Of a stretch of 64,000 bases of DNA, positions 37,569 to 50,792 are shown piece by piece. The stretch comes from Eledone cirrhosa (Eukaryota). The position numbers were made by a program, and so were the translations under genes. The notes below the pieces were generated by a model that was given only the letters and a program-made list of their open reading frames with translations, was not told the DNA's origin and did not search any database. The DNA is taken from assembly GCA_964016885.1 (NCBI GenBank), contig OZ024746.1, forward strand, positions 23,746,001 to 23,810,000. Reading direction: 5' to 3'. How positions within the stretch are numbered: position 1 is the first letter of the stretch; each line of letters begins with the position of its first letter.

Positions 37569-38454
37569 GATGATGTATTATAGAACCAGGGGTGGTCTTA
37601 AACATTTTGGTATCAAAAGGTTTAAATGTCTACCGCTAAGCCAGAGAGGATTTGGTTTTTCTCCCTGACTTTCACCCCCACCTCCTCCATCATTTTTAGC
37701 CATGTCTGTTTACAATAGATTCATTGTATCCTTGCCTGTTATGAGAGGCAACTAAAAGGGTTGGCACCAGGAAGCGCATCCAGCTGTAAATCACTGGCAC
37801 CAAAAAGGGTCCCATGATGAATATATCATCATCATCAATGTTTTCCCACTTTTAATATAATAAATTGAATATAATTTATAGATTTTCATTATTTTTATTT
37901 CACTTAGTTTATTAATTTTACATCAACTTTAGATCTTATCTATTTAATATATTTCTTTGATAAATAAATCAAGTTAAGTGTAATTTTAACTCCTACAGCC
38001 ACATAATGTCTTTTTTTAATTTCATGATCCCTTGCCTAGTTTAACATCATCAACCAGCCTTTAAAGATGATGAGAGGAGAGGATATAAGTAATTAAGGAG
38101 TGCCTGAGTAGAAGAAGCATGAGACTAGCTAGATCTGAGAAGCAGAGGCCATTGTAGTAGTAGTAGAAAAATCATCGTGAGAGGACAGTATGTCTGTGGG
38201 TTAGAGGCTGGACTGTGTCTGTGAGAAAGATAAGGGAACCTGAATGGAGATGGCAGAAAACCAACTAACTTCAAGGAGTAGAGACAATTGTAGTATCAGT
38301 AAAAAAAAATAACAGAGAGGGTTGACAACACATCTGAAGGCTAGAGGTTGACACTGATTCTCACTGCAGGAATTGTTTCTTCTTTTTTGTGTCATTGTTT
38401 CTTCTTTTTTGTCTTCCATCCTTTCTTTAGCTATATGACTGTCATAACCCATGA

Positions 38455-38827
38455 GATACCAAACTGCCTGAAACCACCCCTAGTTCTACAATACAAAACT
38501 GTTTGTTTTAAAGTGTTATATTTATCTAAAAACTTTCCATTATAATTTTATGTAAAAACCTTTGTTGAGTTATGTTCCAAACACTAACTTAACTATTTGA
38601 TACCAAACTGCTTGAAACTACCCATAGCTCTATGATACAAAGCTTTGTTTTAAAGTGTTTATATTTATCTAAAAACCTCCCCTCATGCTTTTAAGTAAGA
38701 ACTTTTGTTATGTTCGCAACATCATCTTAATTATTAATATATCCATCCAAATTCTTTATTATTTTCAAAATTATTCAAAAATCATAGGCAATGTCTTTCG
38801 TTAGCAATATGATAATGAAAGGGTTAA
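38455..38827 (-). mobile_element. MITE family C, one partial and one near-complete copy
   Basis: GATACCAAACTGC.TGAAAC.ACCC twice; ends ATGAAAGGG-TTAA. Further C copies at ~24820, 25258, 31165, 32780, 33236, 35420, 42785, 46362, 47060, 62365, 63035. Confidence 0.8.
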
Positions 38828-39607
38828 ATTGTGTTGCCTTTATCAAATTATGCCAAAACTTAACAACATGAAACACAATAGTTTCCAAGTTTTCACTTCT
38901 TTATTTTAAGATGGAAAATTCTCAGTTTTCTCTGATCTTATAAAATTTTTCAAAATGATTAACGTGTTTGATCTCTTTTAAGAATAAATATTTTCCTCGG
39001 GTTAATATGTGATTGTAAGCATGAAATTTGGAATAAATGGCGACATATTTATTCATCTGAATATTGATTACATAACTTGCAGCTCCATATGTTTGTAATA
39101 ATAAACTATATTCACATTTTTTTCTAAATTGATTGCTATAAATATGCTTAGACTTTCCTACTTTTTAATCATCCCTGAAGAGTGATTATATAAAATCTGC
39201 TGTAATTTAGATATAACTAATGTTTATACATCACCCCATTCATCTTCTCATTCTTTCAGTTCTTTATATAAAATGAAAAATAAAACAATTTTCCTAAAAT
39301 TTCAATAATTTTACCAGTCTTAAAAGGTTTTTCCCTCTGCCATTTGACTTCAGATAAAAAAAGTATGATAAATTTTTCCAATGAAGAAAGACCTATAATA
39401 TGTGAACACATTACATAGAGTCATTAAAACAGCAAGTGTTTTAAAGCCATTTTCCCTGTTAAAGCCAAGTTTGAGGAGGCCTTGACAAAGTTTATAATCA
39501 CAAATGATGTCCTTTTTTGAGACAATATTTTTACAGTCAGATACCATTTCTTTCTCATAACACACAGACACACAATGTCGCTATTATAAACTAGATACCC
39601 ACAATAT

Positions 39608-40050
39608 TATATATAAACTCGGTGGATTGGCAGTATCGGTAGAGCGTTGGACAACATGCTTTGTGGCATAGTTATGTCCCTTTAGATTCAGAGTTCAAAT
39701 CCCGCCAAGGTTAGCTTTGCCTTTCATCCTTATGGAGTCGATAAAATAACGTATCAGTCATGTACTGGGGTCAATGTAATCGACTTTCCCCTCCCCACAA
39801 ACTGTTGCTTTTGTGTCTAAATCAGAAACCATTATATATATAAACTCATTAGAGTCTTGGACAAAATACTTTGTGATATTTGTTCTGGCTCTCTGTGCTC
39901 TGCTGATGTCAACTTTACCTTTCATTCTTTTGAGAGTCGATAAAATATAGTACCAATCTAAGCTGATGGATTTGTTATGGAATTGATGGAATAGAGCATT
40001 GGATGAGATGTCTTGTGGTATTTGTTCCAGTTATTTGTGTTCTGAGTTCT
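39608..40050 (+). mobile_element. Family-A long-form SINE followed by two older degenerate heads
   Basis: 13-bp TSD TATATATAAACTC at 39608-39620 and 39835-39847. Confidence 0.85.
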
Positions 40051-41204
40051 TGAATGTTAGACATAATTTGTAGTCTGGTTTAATAACACTGCCTGGTCAT
40101 GAGTTGGACAAGTTGTCATAGCCTGCATCAGTTCTTATTTGGAGTTACTGCCCTTTTAGAGGAGTCAGAGGACCATATCTCATCATACATTCCATATTTG
40201 GCCTAGTTTCAACGACTGCATACTTTTCCTAACACTGACCACTTTACTGAATGTACTGGTTACATTTTAGTGTGGCATCAGCACTAATGAAGTTTGCTTG
40301 TATTCCACAAGACTAATGAGTATTCCCTACCCCAAATTTTCCATTCATTTAAGGGAATGTAACTAAGAACAATGACAAGAAATGAGTCAGTGTGAATGGT
40401 TGATGAGAGTGAGAATATGATGGGAGAAACAGCAATTAGGGTGAGTGGGTGACAGAAGGGGGAAAAAAAATGATATAAAAATATTATAAATTATCACTGT
40501 AGAAAATCTGAAAAACATATAACAACTTTACATGATATATTTATTTCCATATTCTTCTTCTCATTATTATTGTAGATTATGAATAGTGGCTAGAGATTGC
40601 ATTACTTTTGCCTTCATAAAAAAAACAAAAAAAACATCCTATTCTTGCTGTCATTTGGTAAATATCCAATATATTACACAGTTGAAAGAACAAGAGATTA
40701 TTGCTCTCATATCTCAAAAAAAAAAAAAAAAGATGAAAAAAATGAAGCCTTGTCAGATATTGAGACATTGCATGTTAAATTTATTTTTTTGCTTCATTAG
40801 TCGACTCTATGACTGCAATTTGTTATAGTAGTATCTCTCAAGCTTATTATAAAGAAACGAGTTACTTTAAATCAATGGTTCCCAACCTTTTCACAACAAA
40901 TTATCGCTTACCAAGGACCCCTTTTATTTAAATGAATTTTTCTATGAACCCCCTCTCTCCTCCACTAACTACTATTACTCTCCTCCTAGATTGTTATACA
41001 AAAGTGAGAGATTTTTATACTTAGAGAAGAATGGATACCAAATAGTGGGTGTATATTATGTTTTTAATAAAGTACTTGTATTTTAAACTTTACTTGCATT
41101 ATCCTTGCATTATCCTTGCATTATCCTTGCATTATCCAACAGACCTCTGGTTGGTGGTTGTGGTGGTGGTGGGGCATTGTTTAAATATAGGTTACCTTCA
41201 TCAT

Positions 41205-41710
41205 CATTTTACAGCCATTGTTTGGTCCATGCTTGCATGGGTTGGGCAGGTCCTTCTCAGTACAGCATCTCTCCACTTGTCACATTCCTATGTCATCTCC
41301 TTATTGAACTTCAGCTATTTGAGATCAGCTCTCACTACCCCAGTCCCATGTCTTCTTTGGTCTTCCTCTGCTGTAGCTTCATTCCACTGGGATTATTTGG
41401 CATTTCTTCAACCAACTATCATCATCCATATGCATCACACATGTCTGTACCAATGTAGTCTCCCCTCTGCATACTACTTCTGATTCCTCTTACATCAAGT
41501 TTCTCCCTCAGTTCATCCATGCTTTGTCATTCTCGCACATTAACATTGTACATCCATCAAAGCATGCTTGCTTCATTTCTCTCTAGCCTCCACATGTCCT
41601 CTGCATTCCCTGTCCATGTCTCATTACCATGCAGCATGGAACTTTTCACCCAGATGTCATACAGCCATAGGGAGAAACTTTTTGTTGTTAGCAGGGGTAG
41701 CAATTCCCTA
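41205..41710 (-). mobile_element. RTE LINE 3' fragment
   Basis: Reverse-complement similarity to 10028-10478 and 28657-28945. Confidence 0.8.
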
Positions 41711-41727
41711 TGTGTAAAGGCTTTGTG

Positions 41728-42056
41728 AAGGTGCCTGATTTACAGGTTAAGGTGTTTGGCTCAAGGTTTGTAAGGTTGTGACTTTGATTCCTAGCAGTGC
41801 GTTGTGTCCCTGAGCAAGACACTTTATTTCATGTTGCTCCAGTCCACTCAGCTGGAAGAAAATGAGCTGTGCCTGTAATTCAAAGGGCCTGCCTTATCAT
41901 ACATACTGTCACTCTGAATATCCCTGAGAACTACATTAAGGGTACACGTGTCTGTGGAATGAATGTTCAGCCACTTGAATGTTTATTTCACAAGTAGGCT
42001 GTTCTGTTGATCACATCAACTAGAACACACATCCTTAGAACTGACTGAGGTCCAAC
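41728..42056 (+). mobile_element. SINE family E, best full-length copy
   Basis: Decayed tRNA-like head, CCCTGAGCAAGACACTTTATTTCA block, E tail; fragments at ~9500, 30720, 47815. Confidence 0.8.
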
Positions 42057-43040
42057 ATAAAGACTTTAATATGTACTGTAATCTAGAATTATTCTAAAAT
42101 TAATTATTTATTCATATGTGAGTTAAGATTAGATAATTATTAATTTTCTGTAATACTTTACTAGCAGTTGTACTTAGTTTTGCCCAGGTTTATTAATACA
42201 TAAAATAAATACAAACACATGAATTCACTTAATTTTAGATAAATTGCTTTAAAAATATTTTGACATTCTTCAACTGAAAATGTTGATTCATTCAGAATTG
42301 TTGCATCAAACCAATTCAGAAAATTCCAAGTTGAACTTCATAAAAATACATTTAAAATAAAATAAACAAATATAGAACCTAAATTAATCATTTTTCTAAT
42401 CAATAGCATTTTCCAATGTCTTTCGTAGTACTTAGGGTTTACATAAATTTCTTAGTCTTTTTTCTAAATGAAGCTAAAAACAGCACAATTTTGAAAAAAA
42501 GTTATGATAGGCAAGAAAAAAAGTCAGAGTTGCCTATGACCCCCTTGACAAAATCTAAGCTACCTTTGTGCAAAACTGGGATCTACAACCTGAGTCATAT
42601 ATTCTACCCTAAAGAATCAGTTGCCTTTTCAAAACAAAAAAACTTATTTTTTAAAAACTCTTTTTATAGCTCACACCTATGCAGGTTTATCCAGCCACCT
42701 GCAAGATTGCATCTAATCGAAGGTCACTTCAGTGTATTATATTATAGGGTCCTTAGTCCTACCACCATTTATTTCCAGTGACAGTAACTTAACATATGGT
42801 TCTTATATAAAATTATGTTGAAAGATTTTACTTTAAATAGAAATCCTTTAAAATAGGTGGTTTTGTTTCATATAACCAGAGATGGTTTTGGCTGGGTTTC
42901 TATGAAAAGGGTTAATTATAATTAACTTTTAGCATCTTGTAATGATTCAGCAGAATATATCTAAAAATAAATTTCTTAATTCAAATGTTTATTGTATTTT
43001 TACTGGTTACATTGTGAACATTTGTAGTAAACTAAATACT

Positions 43041-43137
43041 TTAATTTTTAATGTGATACAGTCATAATGCTATTTTGTATTTTTCCTCAAATGTCATGCT
43101 AATGTGGTTTCATGTGCAACAGGATGTTAAGAGTTAA
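43041..43137 (-). mobile_element. ~97-bp TTAA-flanked MITE
   Basis: Inverted copy at 45241-45338 and another at ~30640-30722; TTAACTCTTAA-type ends. Confidence 0.7.
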
Positions 43138-43599
43138 TATAATAAAATATTTACAATTGTTTGTATGTTAAAGTTAATAGGTAAATGGAATTCTAGCAGG
43201 TTAGCTATGTATGGAAGTTACCCAGGTTGTAGCACTTGTCATAAGATCCAATAGAATTAAACTTATAACTCTTTTCCTTATATGTGCCAGCTGTAGAATA
43301 TATATTTAGTGCAGAACAAATATTGCTTTAATTTGTTGTCTTGACAACTGTATTTAATAGTTTTTCTCATTACTCACCTGTCTTGTGGATTAACAGATTG
43401 TCAGGTGTGAACAACACTTTGAAGAATTTAAACTGCTAGCTTCAGCTTGTTTTTTCGAATGTCTTATTACTTAAGAAATAGAATAACATCAGAATTATGA
43501 TCATTATCATTATCATCATGATAATGATGATCATCATCATCATCATTATCACTATTGCCATCATCATTATCCTCATCATCATTTTCACCATCATCATCA

Positions 43600-44345
43600 C
43601 TATTGCAATCATCATCGTCATGTCTGTTTTCAATGCTTGCATGAGTTAGATGAGTCGTCATTAGTACATCATTTCTTCTTTCCTTCTTGAGGTGTAGTTA
43701 CTTGAGGTTAGATTTCACCACCGTTACCCCCATCTTTCTTGGCATTCCTCTCCCACAGCTTCCTTCCACTTGGAAATCCTGGCAATTTTTCACCCAACAA
43801 TCATCATCCATACTCATCACATGTTTTTATCAGTGCAATCTTTTTTATTCCTCTTATGCTCAGTTTTCTGTCAGTTTATCTGCTTCTCTGTTCACACTCA
43901 CAATATACAGTGGAACCTACATTCACAAAATTAATTCATTCCTGAAGGCCATTCTCCCCCGAAATGTTTGTAAACCAAAACTAATTTTTCCATACAAAAT
44001 TTTGTGAGAGAAATACCGTGAGCTACAGACTGTGTGAAGTACAGATAGATACCACCATACTAACTACATAGCAAGTGACGATTTGCTGCTAACACTCCCA
44101 GCTTGTCAGCAACCATTGTTGCTGGTTTGCATGTTCATTATTCGAGATAACATTCATGAATCGAAATGTTTAATGTTTGGAAAAATTGTTCTTGAACCAA
44201 TTTGTTTGTAATGAGAGGTGTTCACGAACCGAGGTTCCACTGTATATGATACATCTAAGGAAGTATGCTTGATTCATTTCTCTCTAATCTTTGCATAATG
44301 ACTGTATTCATCACCCATGTTTCACTACCATGCAATATCACATTT
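43600..44345 (-). mobile_element. RTE LINE 3' fragment split by a Tigger-like MITE
   Basis: 43600-43905 and 44245-44345 are collinear with the RTE copy at 41205-41710. Confidence 0.7.
43908..44242. mobile_element. Tigger/pogo-like MITE (335 bp)
   Basis: TA TSD; TIR CAGTGGAACCT / AGGTTCCACTG. Confidence 0.85.
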
Positions 44346-44774
44346 CTCCTACTGTGAAAAATGAATTGAAGAATATGAAAGACAATGGTCAATTAAAGAG
44401 GTACTTGTTAAGGTAAATATAGTCATTGTTACTACCAAGCCTTCCAGCGCTAAGGGGCTTTTGCGGCTTAAACACCTCCAATAACGTGGAAACTTTTAGA
44501 ATGATCTTAGTTTTGTTAGTTCAAATAAGTAACAAGTACAAATAAACACAATAGAAAGTGAGTTGTGGTATACCACCAAATATGTAAATAGCTGTGAATA
44601 TTATCATGTTTGTTACTTGGAACATTTGTCAGTGACGATTTAAAATAATTTGTTTCAATATATTTGTGCTTTAGTTTTTACTACACTGATTTTCTATTGA
44701 CTTGAAATATGTTAATATGATCATGTTTTTAATTTCTTTTTAGTTTCATATTGGTTTTAAAAAAACATGAGTTA

Positions 44775-44933
44775 ATAATAATAATTGTTTCTACTTTTGG
44801 CACAAGGCCAGCAATTACCCAGTGCATTACTGGTACTTTATTTTATCGACCCCATAAGGATGAAAGGCAAAGTTAACCTCGGTGGGATTTGAACTCAGAA
44901 TGGAAAGGGGCGTAACTCTATGCGTCAAAGCAT
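44775..44933 (-). mobile_element. SINE family A short form, 5'-truncated
   Basis: Near-identical to the reverse complement of 2041-2193. Confidence 0.9.
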
Positions 44934-47128
44934 ATATATATATATATATACACATACCTAATCCCCCCCCCCTCTCCATCCCCAAACTATAATGGAAGCT
45001 CTATTACAGCTCATATCTATGTAGGTTTAGCTGGCCTCCAACAAGGTAGGTTTCTGGAATGTTTAAATGATAGGGCCCTAGTCCTATTATAAAAGTCAAC
45101 ATAAAATGAAATGTTTTGCTGAAGAACACAATGCACTGCCTAGTGCTGGGATTGAACCCACAACCTTATGATTTTGACTCCAACACCCTAACCCCTAGGC
45201 CACATGCCTTTACAAGTTAAATATTGATATAAGTAAGGTATTAACTCTTAACGTCCTGTACCACATGAAACCACATTAGCAAGACATTCCTGAAAAAGTG
45301 CAAAACAGCACTATAACTGCATCACATTAAAAGTTGAACTCCTTAGTTTTAGCCTGCTCCACATTTTCACAACGATTTGTCAACTAATAAAAAATATATT
45401 ATAAACATTTGAATTAACAACAAACTTGTTTTTAGATATTTTTCTGGTAAGTTGTTACAAGATGTTAAGGAACTCCACATTGAAACTTGAGAGGGAATGA
45501 CCTTGATCAGAATACAAAACTAATCAATTTATAGTTCATAAATGAGAAGTAGAGCATAATTAGAGATAAATAGATTGGTGTACATGTACTGTGAGCAGCC
45601 AAGACAAAGAAGATATGTGGTGACTGCTATAATGTCTTACTAGATAGGGGTTAATAAGTTCTCTATATTTAAGTAATGACCTAATTAGTCTGAAATTAGA
45701 CCTATTGATTAACATTAGATGAATTTTGAAATATGAAAGAAAATACCCAATTGGAGATGTGTTTGTGAAAGTAAATATTATTACAGTTTATACTTTTGTT
45801 GTCTTTTTACATGATATATGGATAAATCCACATTTTTCTGCCCTCAAAATAGGGGGTTGAATTTTACATGGGATCAACTTTTACAGGGGTATATACAGTG
45901 GTCGACTGAAAGTTTATGGGCTGACCAAGATACTTTCCTGGTATGACCAAATAAGGTTTATTTTTCAAGAGTCCCAGGAAAGAAACAATGCCGTCATTAA
46001 TAAGAAAATTTGAAATTAATGCATGCAAGATTTCACAGTTCTAGCATCACTCCTTCATAGTCAGCATATGAACTCGTATAATAAGTCAGCCAGTGCTCAT
46101 ATAATACACTGTTGGCTATCAGTCTGTATTGTCCACTGAAGTGATGTGGTTTTGTGTTTTACATCTTTCAATGTGATACATATTTTGCTGATCTGTTATA
46201 GCGACAAACTTGTAGCAAATTCTTATAAATTCATTGTCCATTAACACTTTCATTGCTATCATCCTCAGGAAAGATATGATTTTCAAATAATTTGGTGAAG
46301 TAAGAAATTTAAGTAACCAGTGTAGACTGTGTGAAAGTACCAAAGTTAACTATGGACTCTGATTAACACTTTTGTTACCATATTTCTATTTAAAGACACT
46401 GCCTAGAATTTAAAAATCATTATGAAAATAGTCACAAAGTTGGAGGGGTTTTATAATATAACTAATTTTCTCATGGTTAAGTTGGTGTTTGTAACGTAGC
46501 TTAAATAAAGTTTCTTACATAAAACCATGATGGGAAATATAAACATCTTAATCATTTTGTTACTATATTTCTGAAGAAAGACACTGTCGATAATTTTCAA
46601 ATTATTTTGAAAATAATCAAGAATTTGTTTCTTTATCTCTCCCTTTCTCTAAATATAACACAGGGCAGCACAACTTTTTTCTGTAAACATAAAAGTAGTA
46701 GCCATATAATGATCAACCTCATAAATTTAACTACAAAACCTAATCTAAAATATTTGCCTTTTACATGAATATTTTTGGTTGTTAACATCAGACTAAAGTA
46801 TTTAATAATTGATAATAACCTAGGGATATTTAACAGTGCTGATTAAAACTACAAATATTTAATCTAATTTGATTTCAATAGGGAATTTCATGTTTGGACA
46901 TCAACAACAGTGTTTGGAATAAAATGTTATTAGTTGAGTTCAATTTAATACAGTCACAGTATGGCTTAGTGGTTAGGAAGTCCACTTCACAATGAAGAGA
47001 CACCAAGTTCAATCCCACTGCATGACATCTTGGATTAGTGTTTTCAGTAAAATATATTTTCATTACTAAGCTGATGTCTGGAGCATTACTTAATGAAAAG
47101 GTTTTACATAAAATTATGATAGATGTTA

Positions 47129-47559
47129 TTAATATTAATATAAACACTTATTTAGGCACAAGACCAACAATTTTGGGGGAGGGAAATGTTGATTCAATCA
47201 ACCTCAGTACATTACTGCTACTTTATTTTATCGATCCCATAAGGATGAAAGGCAAAGCTAACCTCGGTTGGATTTGAACACGGAACATAAAGGGATGTAA
47301 CTATATGCTGCAAATACTGTCAATTCACCGCCCTTAATGTTAATATTAATTGTCGCTACTTTAGGCACAAGGCCAGCAATTACCCAGTGCATTACTGGTA
47401 CTTTATTTTATCGACCCCGTAAGGATGAAAGGCAAAGTCAACCTCGGCGGGATTTGAACTCAGATCGTAAAGGGACGTAACTATGCTGGAAAGCATGGCG
47501 TCCGACCCTCTACTGATACTGCCAATCCACCGCCCTTGTTAATATTAATATAAACACTT
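47129..47559 (-). mobile_element. Two nested family-A SINEs within MITE C
   Basis: Outer 21-bp TSD at 47129-47149 and 47539-47559; inner 13-bp TSD at 47338-47350 and 47537-47549. Confidence 0.9.
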
Positions 47560-47999
47560 TTGTATAATGGAACCAGAGGTGGTTCCAGTTATTTTGTATC
47601 AAAAAAATTAACTCAAGAATCCTTAATGTTTGATTGAGTGGTGAGGGAGTTCCACTTTACAATCATGAGGTCATAAATTCACCTCCCACTTAATTTTAAG
47701 TATCTTGGGGCAAGTGTCTTTTACCATAAATTCGATTTACCAATTTTGGATTGACCTAAGATTTGTGAGTGAAATCAAGTAGGTGGAAACTGTTTGGAAG
47801 CCTGGCAGATGAACTTACCTGAAATTCAAAAGCACAACTTTGTCACATGTTGTGTCACACTAATTCGGCTCGAGAATTATGTTACGGGTACATGTGTTTG
47901 TGGAATACTCAGCCACTTGTATATGAATTTAATGAGTAGGAAATTTCACTGATTGAGCAACAGGAAAACCCATTGTTGGATTGTTGGTTCATTTATATA

Positions 48000-48170
48000 T
48001 TCTATTCTATTCTAAGGCGGGTAAAATTCCCGAGATCCATGGACGAGTTCTCTCCAGCGGTCTCTGTCCCTCATTATCGCTGCCATGTCCTGCTTCTCCA
48101 ACAGACCAGTGTCTGTCCTTAGGGCATCAACATACGTTAACCTTGGTCTTCCTCTTCTAGTGTGTCCATG
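48000..48170 (-). mobile_element. 3' end of a second RTE-type LINE family with (AATAG)n tail
   Basis: HGHTRRGRPRLTYVDALRTDTGL..MRDRDRWRELV then stop and AGAATAGAATAGA. Confidence 0.8.
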
Positions 48171-49163
48171 TATATATATACACACAAAAACACACATATA
48201 TGTAATGTATACATGCACATATAAGGTTTGTCGTCTGCAATAGCAATAATTATTTGAACTCTAAGAACAACATTTTTAGAGAATGTCTACATCTTAAAGG
48301 CCAACTCCTTGCTAAGTGAAAACACTTAATGAATTCAACTAAGCTTCAACCACCTTGATATTGATTTTTATATTTTCTCAATAACTTTTCTTTTTCACAC
48401 TTACATTATGGTACACCTTCTATACTACTCAGTTCCAAAACTTAAATAAATATAGACATCTATATTACATACCACCACATAATACCATACATATTGAGTA
48501 CACACAAACACTAACATAGCCATTTTAGTTTTAATTCTTCATGTATCTCCCTTTGTTTTACTACATTAATGATATATTTATATTTTTTAATAAAGAAGCA
48601 TTTAGCATGCTATATTTTTAAGGGTATCTTCAAACACGTCCAAGGGCTCGATGACTCGATCACGAATTTGATCACTCTTTCATTTTGCATTACCATCCAC
48701 AATCTGGGGAGCTGGTCATAATTGGACCTTGAAATCTTAGGTAGTGCTTTTTGTTCCCTGTATGAACATAACTAAATAATTTAATATATTAGCTCTCTTA
48801 CCAGATTGAACACTGTTTTCCTTTTTCACACCCACCAATTTTTCACTACATATGCACTCACTCACACACACACATATTACGAATGTCACCGAAATTATTT
48901 TAGTGTCCTCCAGCCATATGTATATATAGATCTAGATAGATACACAGATGAATAAATTGGTAGATAGGCAGGTTGATGTATAGATAAGCTGATAGATACC
49001 TTGCTAGATGCACAATACAATGCTATTTCTAGCCCATTTGGCTGTGGCCATGCTGGGGCACTGCCATTGCTAATGCAGTAATGGTAAAGTGATAAATAGT
49101 AAATAGGTGAAATTAAGTTTTCTATACTATTTTGATATTATTTTCATATCTGGTCATATTGCT

Positions 49164-50792
49164 ATGAGCTATGTATCACCTAATTCTGGAATGTTTCTTA
49201 GCAACCTCAACACAGCAACAACAACATCAGCACTATTAACAACAGCAACAGTAGTACTACTACCATTAACAACAACAACAATAGCAGTAATAGCAACAGC
49301 AGCACTACTACCATCACTAGTAGTAACAACAGCAGCAGTAACAACAGTAATAGCAACAGCAGCACTGCTACCATCACCAGCTGTATCAGTAGCAACAGCA
49401 GCACTGCTACCATCACCAACTGTATCAGTAGCAACAGCAGCAGTAACAACAGTAGTAACAACAGCAGCACTGCTACCATCACCAGCCTTATCAGTAGCAA
49501 CAGCAGCAGTAACAACAGTAATAGCAACAGCAGTAACACTGCTACCATCACCAACTGTATCAGTAGCAACAGCAGCAGTAACAACAGTAATAGCAACAGC
49601 AGCACTGCTACCATCACCAGCCTTATCAGTAGCAACAGTAGCAGTAACAACAGTAATAGCAACAGCAGCACTGCTACCATCACCAGCTGTATCAGTAGCA
49701 ACAGCAGCACTAACAACAGTAATAGCAACAGCAGCACTGCTACCATCACCAGCTGTATCAGTAGCAACAGCAGCAGTAACAACAGTAATAGCAACAGCAG
49801 CACTGCTACCATCACCAGCCTTATCAGTAGCAACAGCAGCAGTAACAACAGTAATAGCAACAGCAGCACTACTACCATCACCAGCCTTATTAGTAGCAAC
49901 AGCAGCAGTAACAACAGTAATAGCAACAGCAGCACTGCTACCATCACCAGCTGTATCAGTAGCAACAGCAGTAACACTACTACCATCACCAGCCTTATCA
50001 GTAGCAACAGCAGCAGTAACAACAGTAATAGCAACAGCAGCACTACTACCATCACTAACTGTATCAGTAGCAACAGCAGCAGTAACAACAGTAATAGCAA
50101 CAGCAGCACTGCTACCATCACCAGCTGTATCAGTAGCAACAGCAGTAACACTACTACCATCACCAGCCTTATCAGTAGCAACAGCAGCAGTAACAACAGT
50201 AATAGCAACAGCAGCACTACTACCATCACTAACTGTATCAGTAGCAACAGCAGCAGTAACAACAGTAATAGCAACAGCAGCACTGCTACCATCACCAACT
50301 GTATCAGTAGCAACAGCAACACTGCTACCATCACCAACTGTATCAGTAGCAACAGCAGCAGTAACAACAGTAATAGCAACAGCAGCACTACTACCATCAC
50401 CAGCCTTATCAGTAGCAACAGCAGCAGTAACAACAGTAATAGCAACAGCAGCACTACTACCATCACCAGCCTTATCAGTAGCAACAGTAGCAGTAACAAC
50501 AGTAATAGCAACAGCAGCACTGCTACCATCACCAGCTGTATCAGTAGCAGCAGTAACACTGCTACCATCACCAGCCTTATCAGTAGCAACAGCAGCAGTA
50601 ACAACAGTAATAGCAACAGCAGCACTACTACCATCACCAGCTGTATCAGTAGCAACAGCAGCAGTAGCAACAGTAATAAAAACAGCAGCACTACTACCAT
50701 CACCAGCTGTATCAGTAGCAACAGCAGCAGCACCACCAGTAACAACAACAACAGCAGCACCACCAGTAACAACAACAACAGCAGCACCATAA
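49164..50792 (+). CDS. Possible Thr/Ala/Val/Pro-rich mucin-like ORF (TAAVTTVIATAALLPSPAVSVA repeats); may be non-coding
   Basis: ATG at 49164 (track starts at GTG 49107), open to TAA 50790-50792; acceptor-like TTTCTTAG ends at 49201; openness may just reflect triplet composition. Confidence 0.3.
   Translation: MSYVSPNSGMFLSNLNTATTTSALLTTATVVLLPLTTTTIAVIATAALLPSLVVTTAAVTTVIATAALLPSPAVSVATAALLPSPTVSVATAAVTTVVTTAALLPSPALSVATAAVTTVIATAVTLLPSPTVSVATAAVTTVIATAALLPSPALSVATVAVTTVIATAALLPSPAVSVATAALTTVIATAALLPSPAVSVATAAVTTVIATAALLPSPALSVATAAVTTVIATAALLPSPALLVATAAVTTVIATAALLPSPAVSVATAVTLLPSPALSVATAAVTTVIATAALLPSLTVSVATAAVTTVIATAALLPSPAVSVATAVTLLPSPALSVATAAVTTVIATAALLPSLTVSVATAAVTTVIATAALLPSPTVSVATATLLPSPTVSVATAAVTTVIATAALLPSPALSVATAAVTTVIATAALLPSPALSVATVAVTTVIATAALLPSPAVSVAAVTLLPSPALSVATAAVTTVIATAALLPSPAVSVATAAVATVIKTAALLPSPAVSVATAAAPPVTTTTAAPPVTTTTAAP
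49202..50790. repeat. Triplet-derived 66-bp minisatellite (~24 units, some shortened)
   Basis: Unit ACAGCAGCAGTAACAACAGTAATAGCAACAGCAGCACTGCTACCATCACCAGCTGTATCAGTAGCA. Confidence 0.95.

Noticed and set aside
43373-43480. Minus-strand exon ending ACAG/GTGAGT
   Set aside because: Good donor but weak acceptor and stops in all three frames; not supportable as coding
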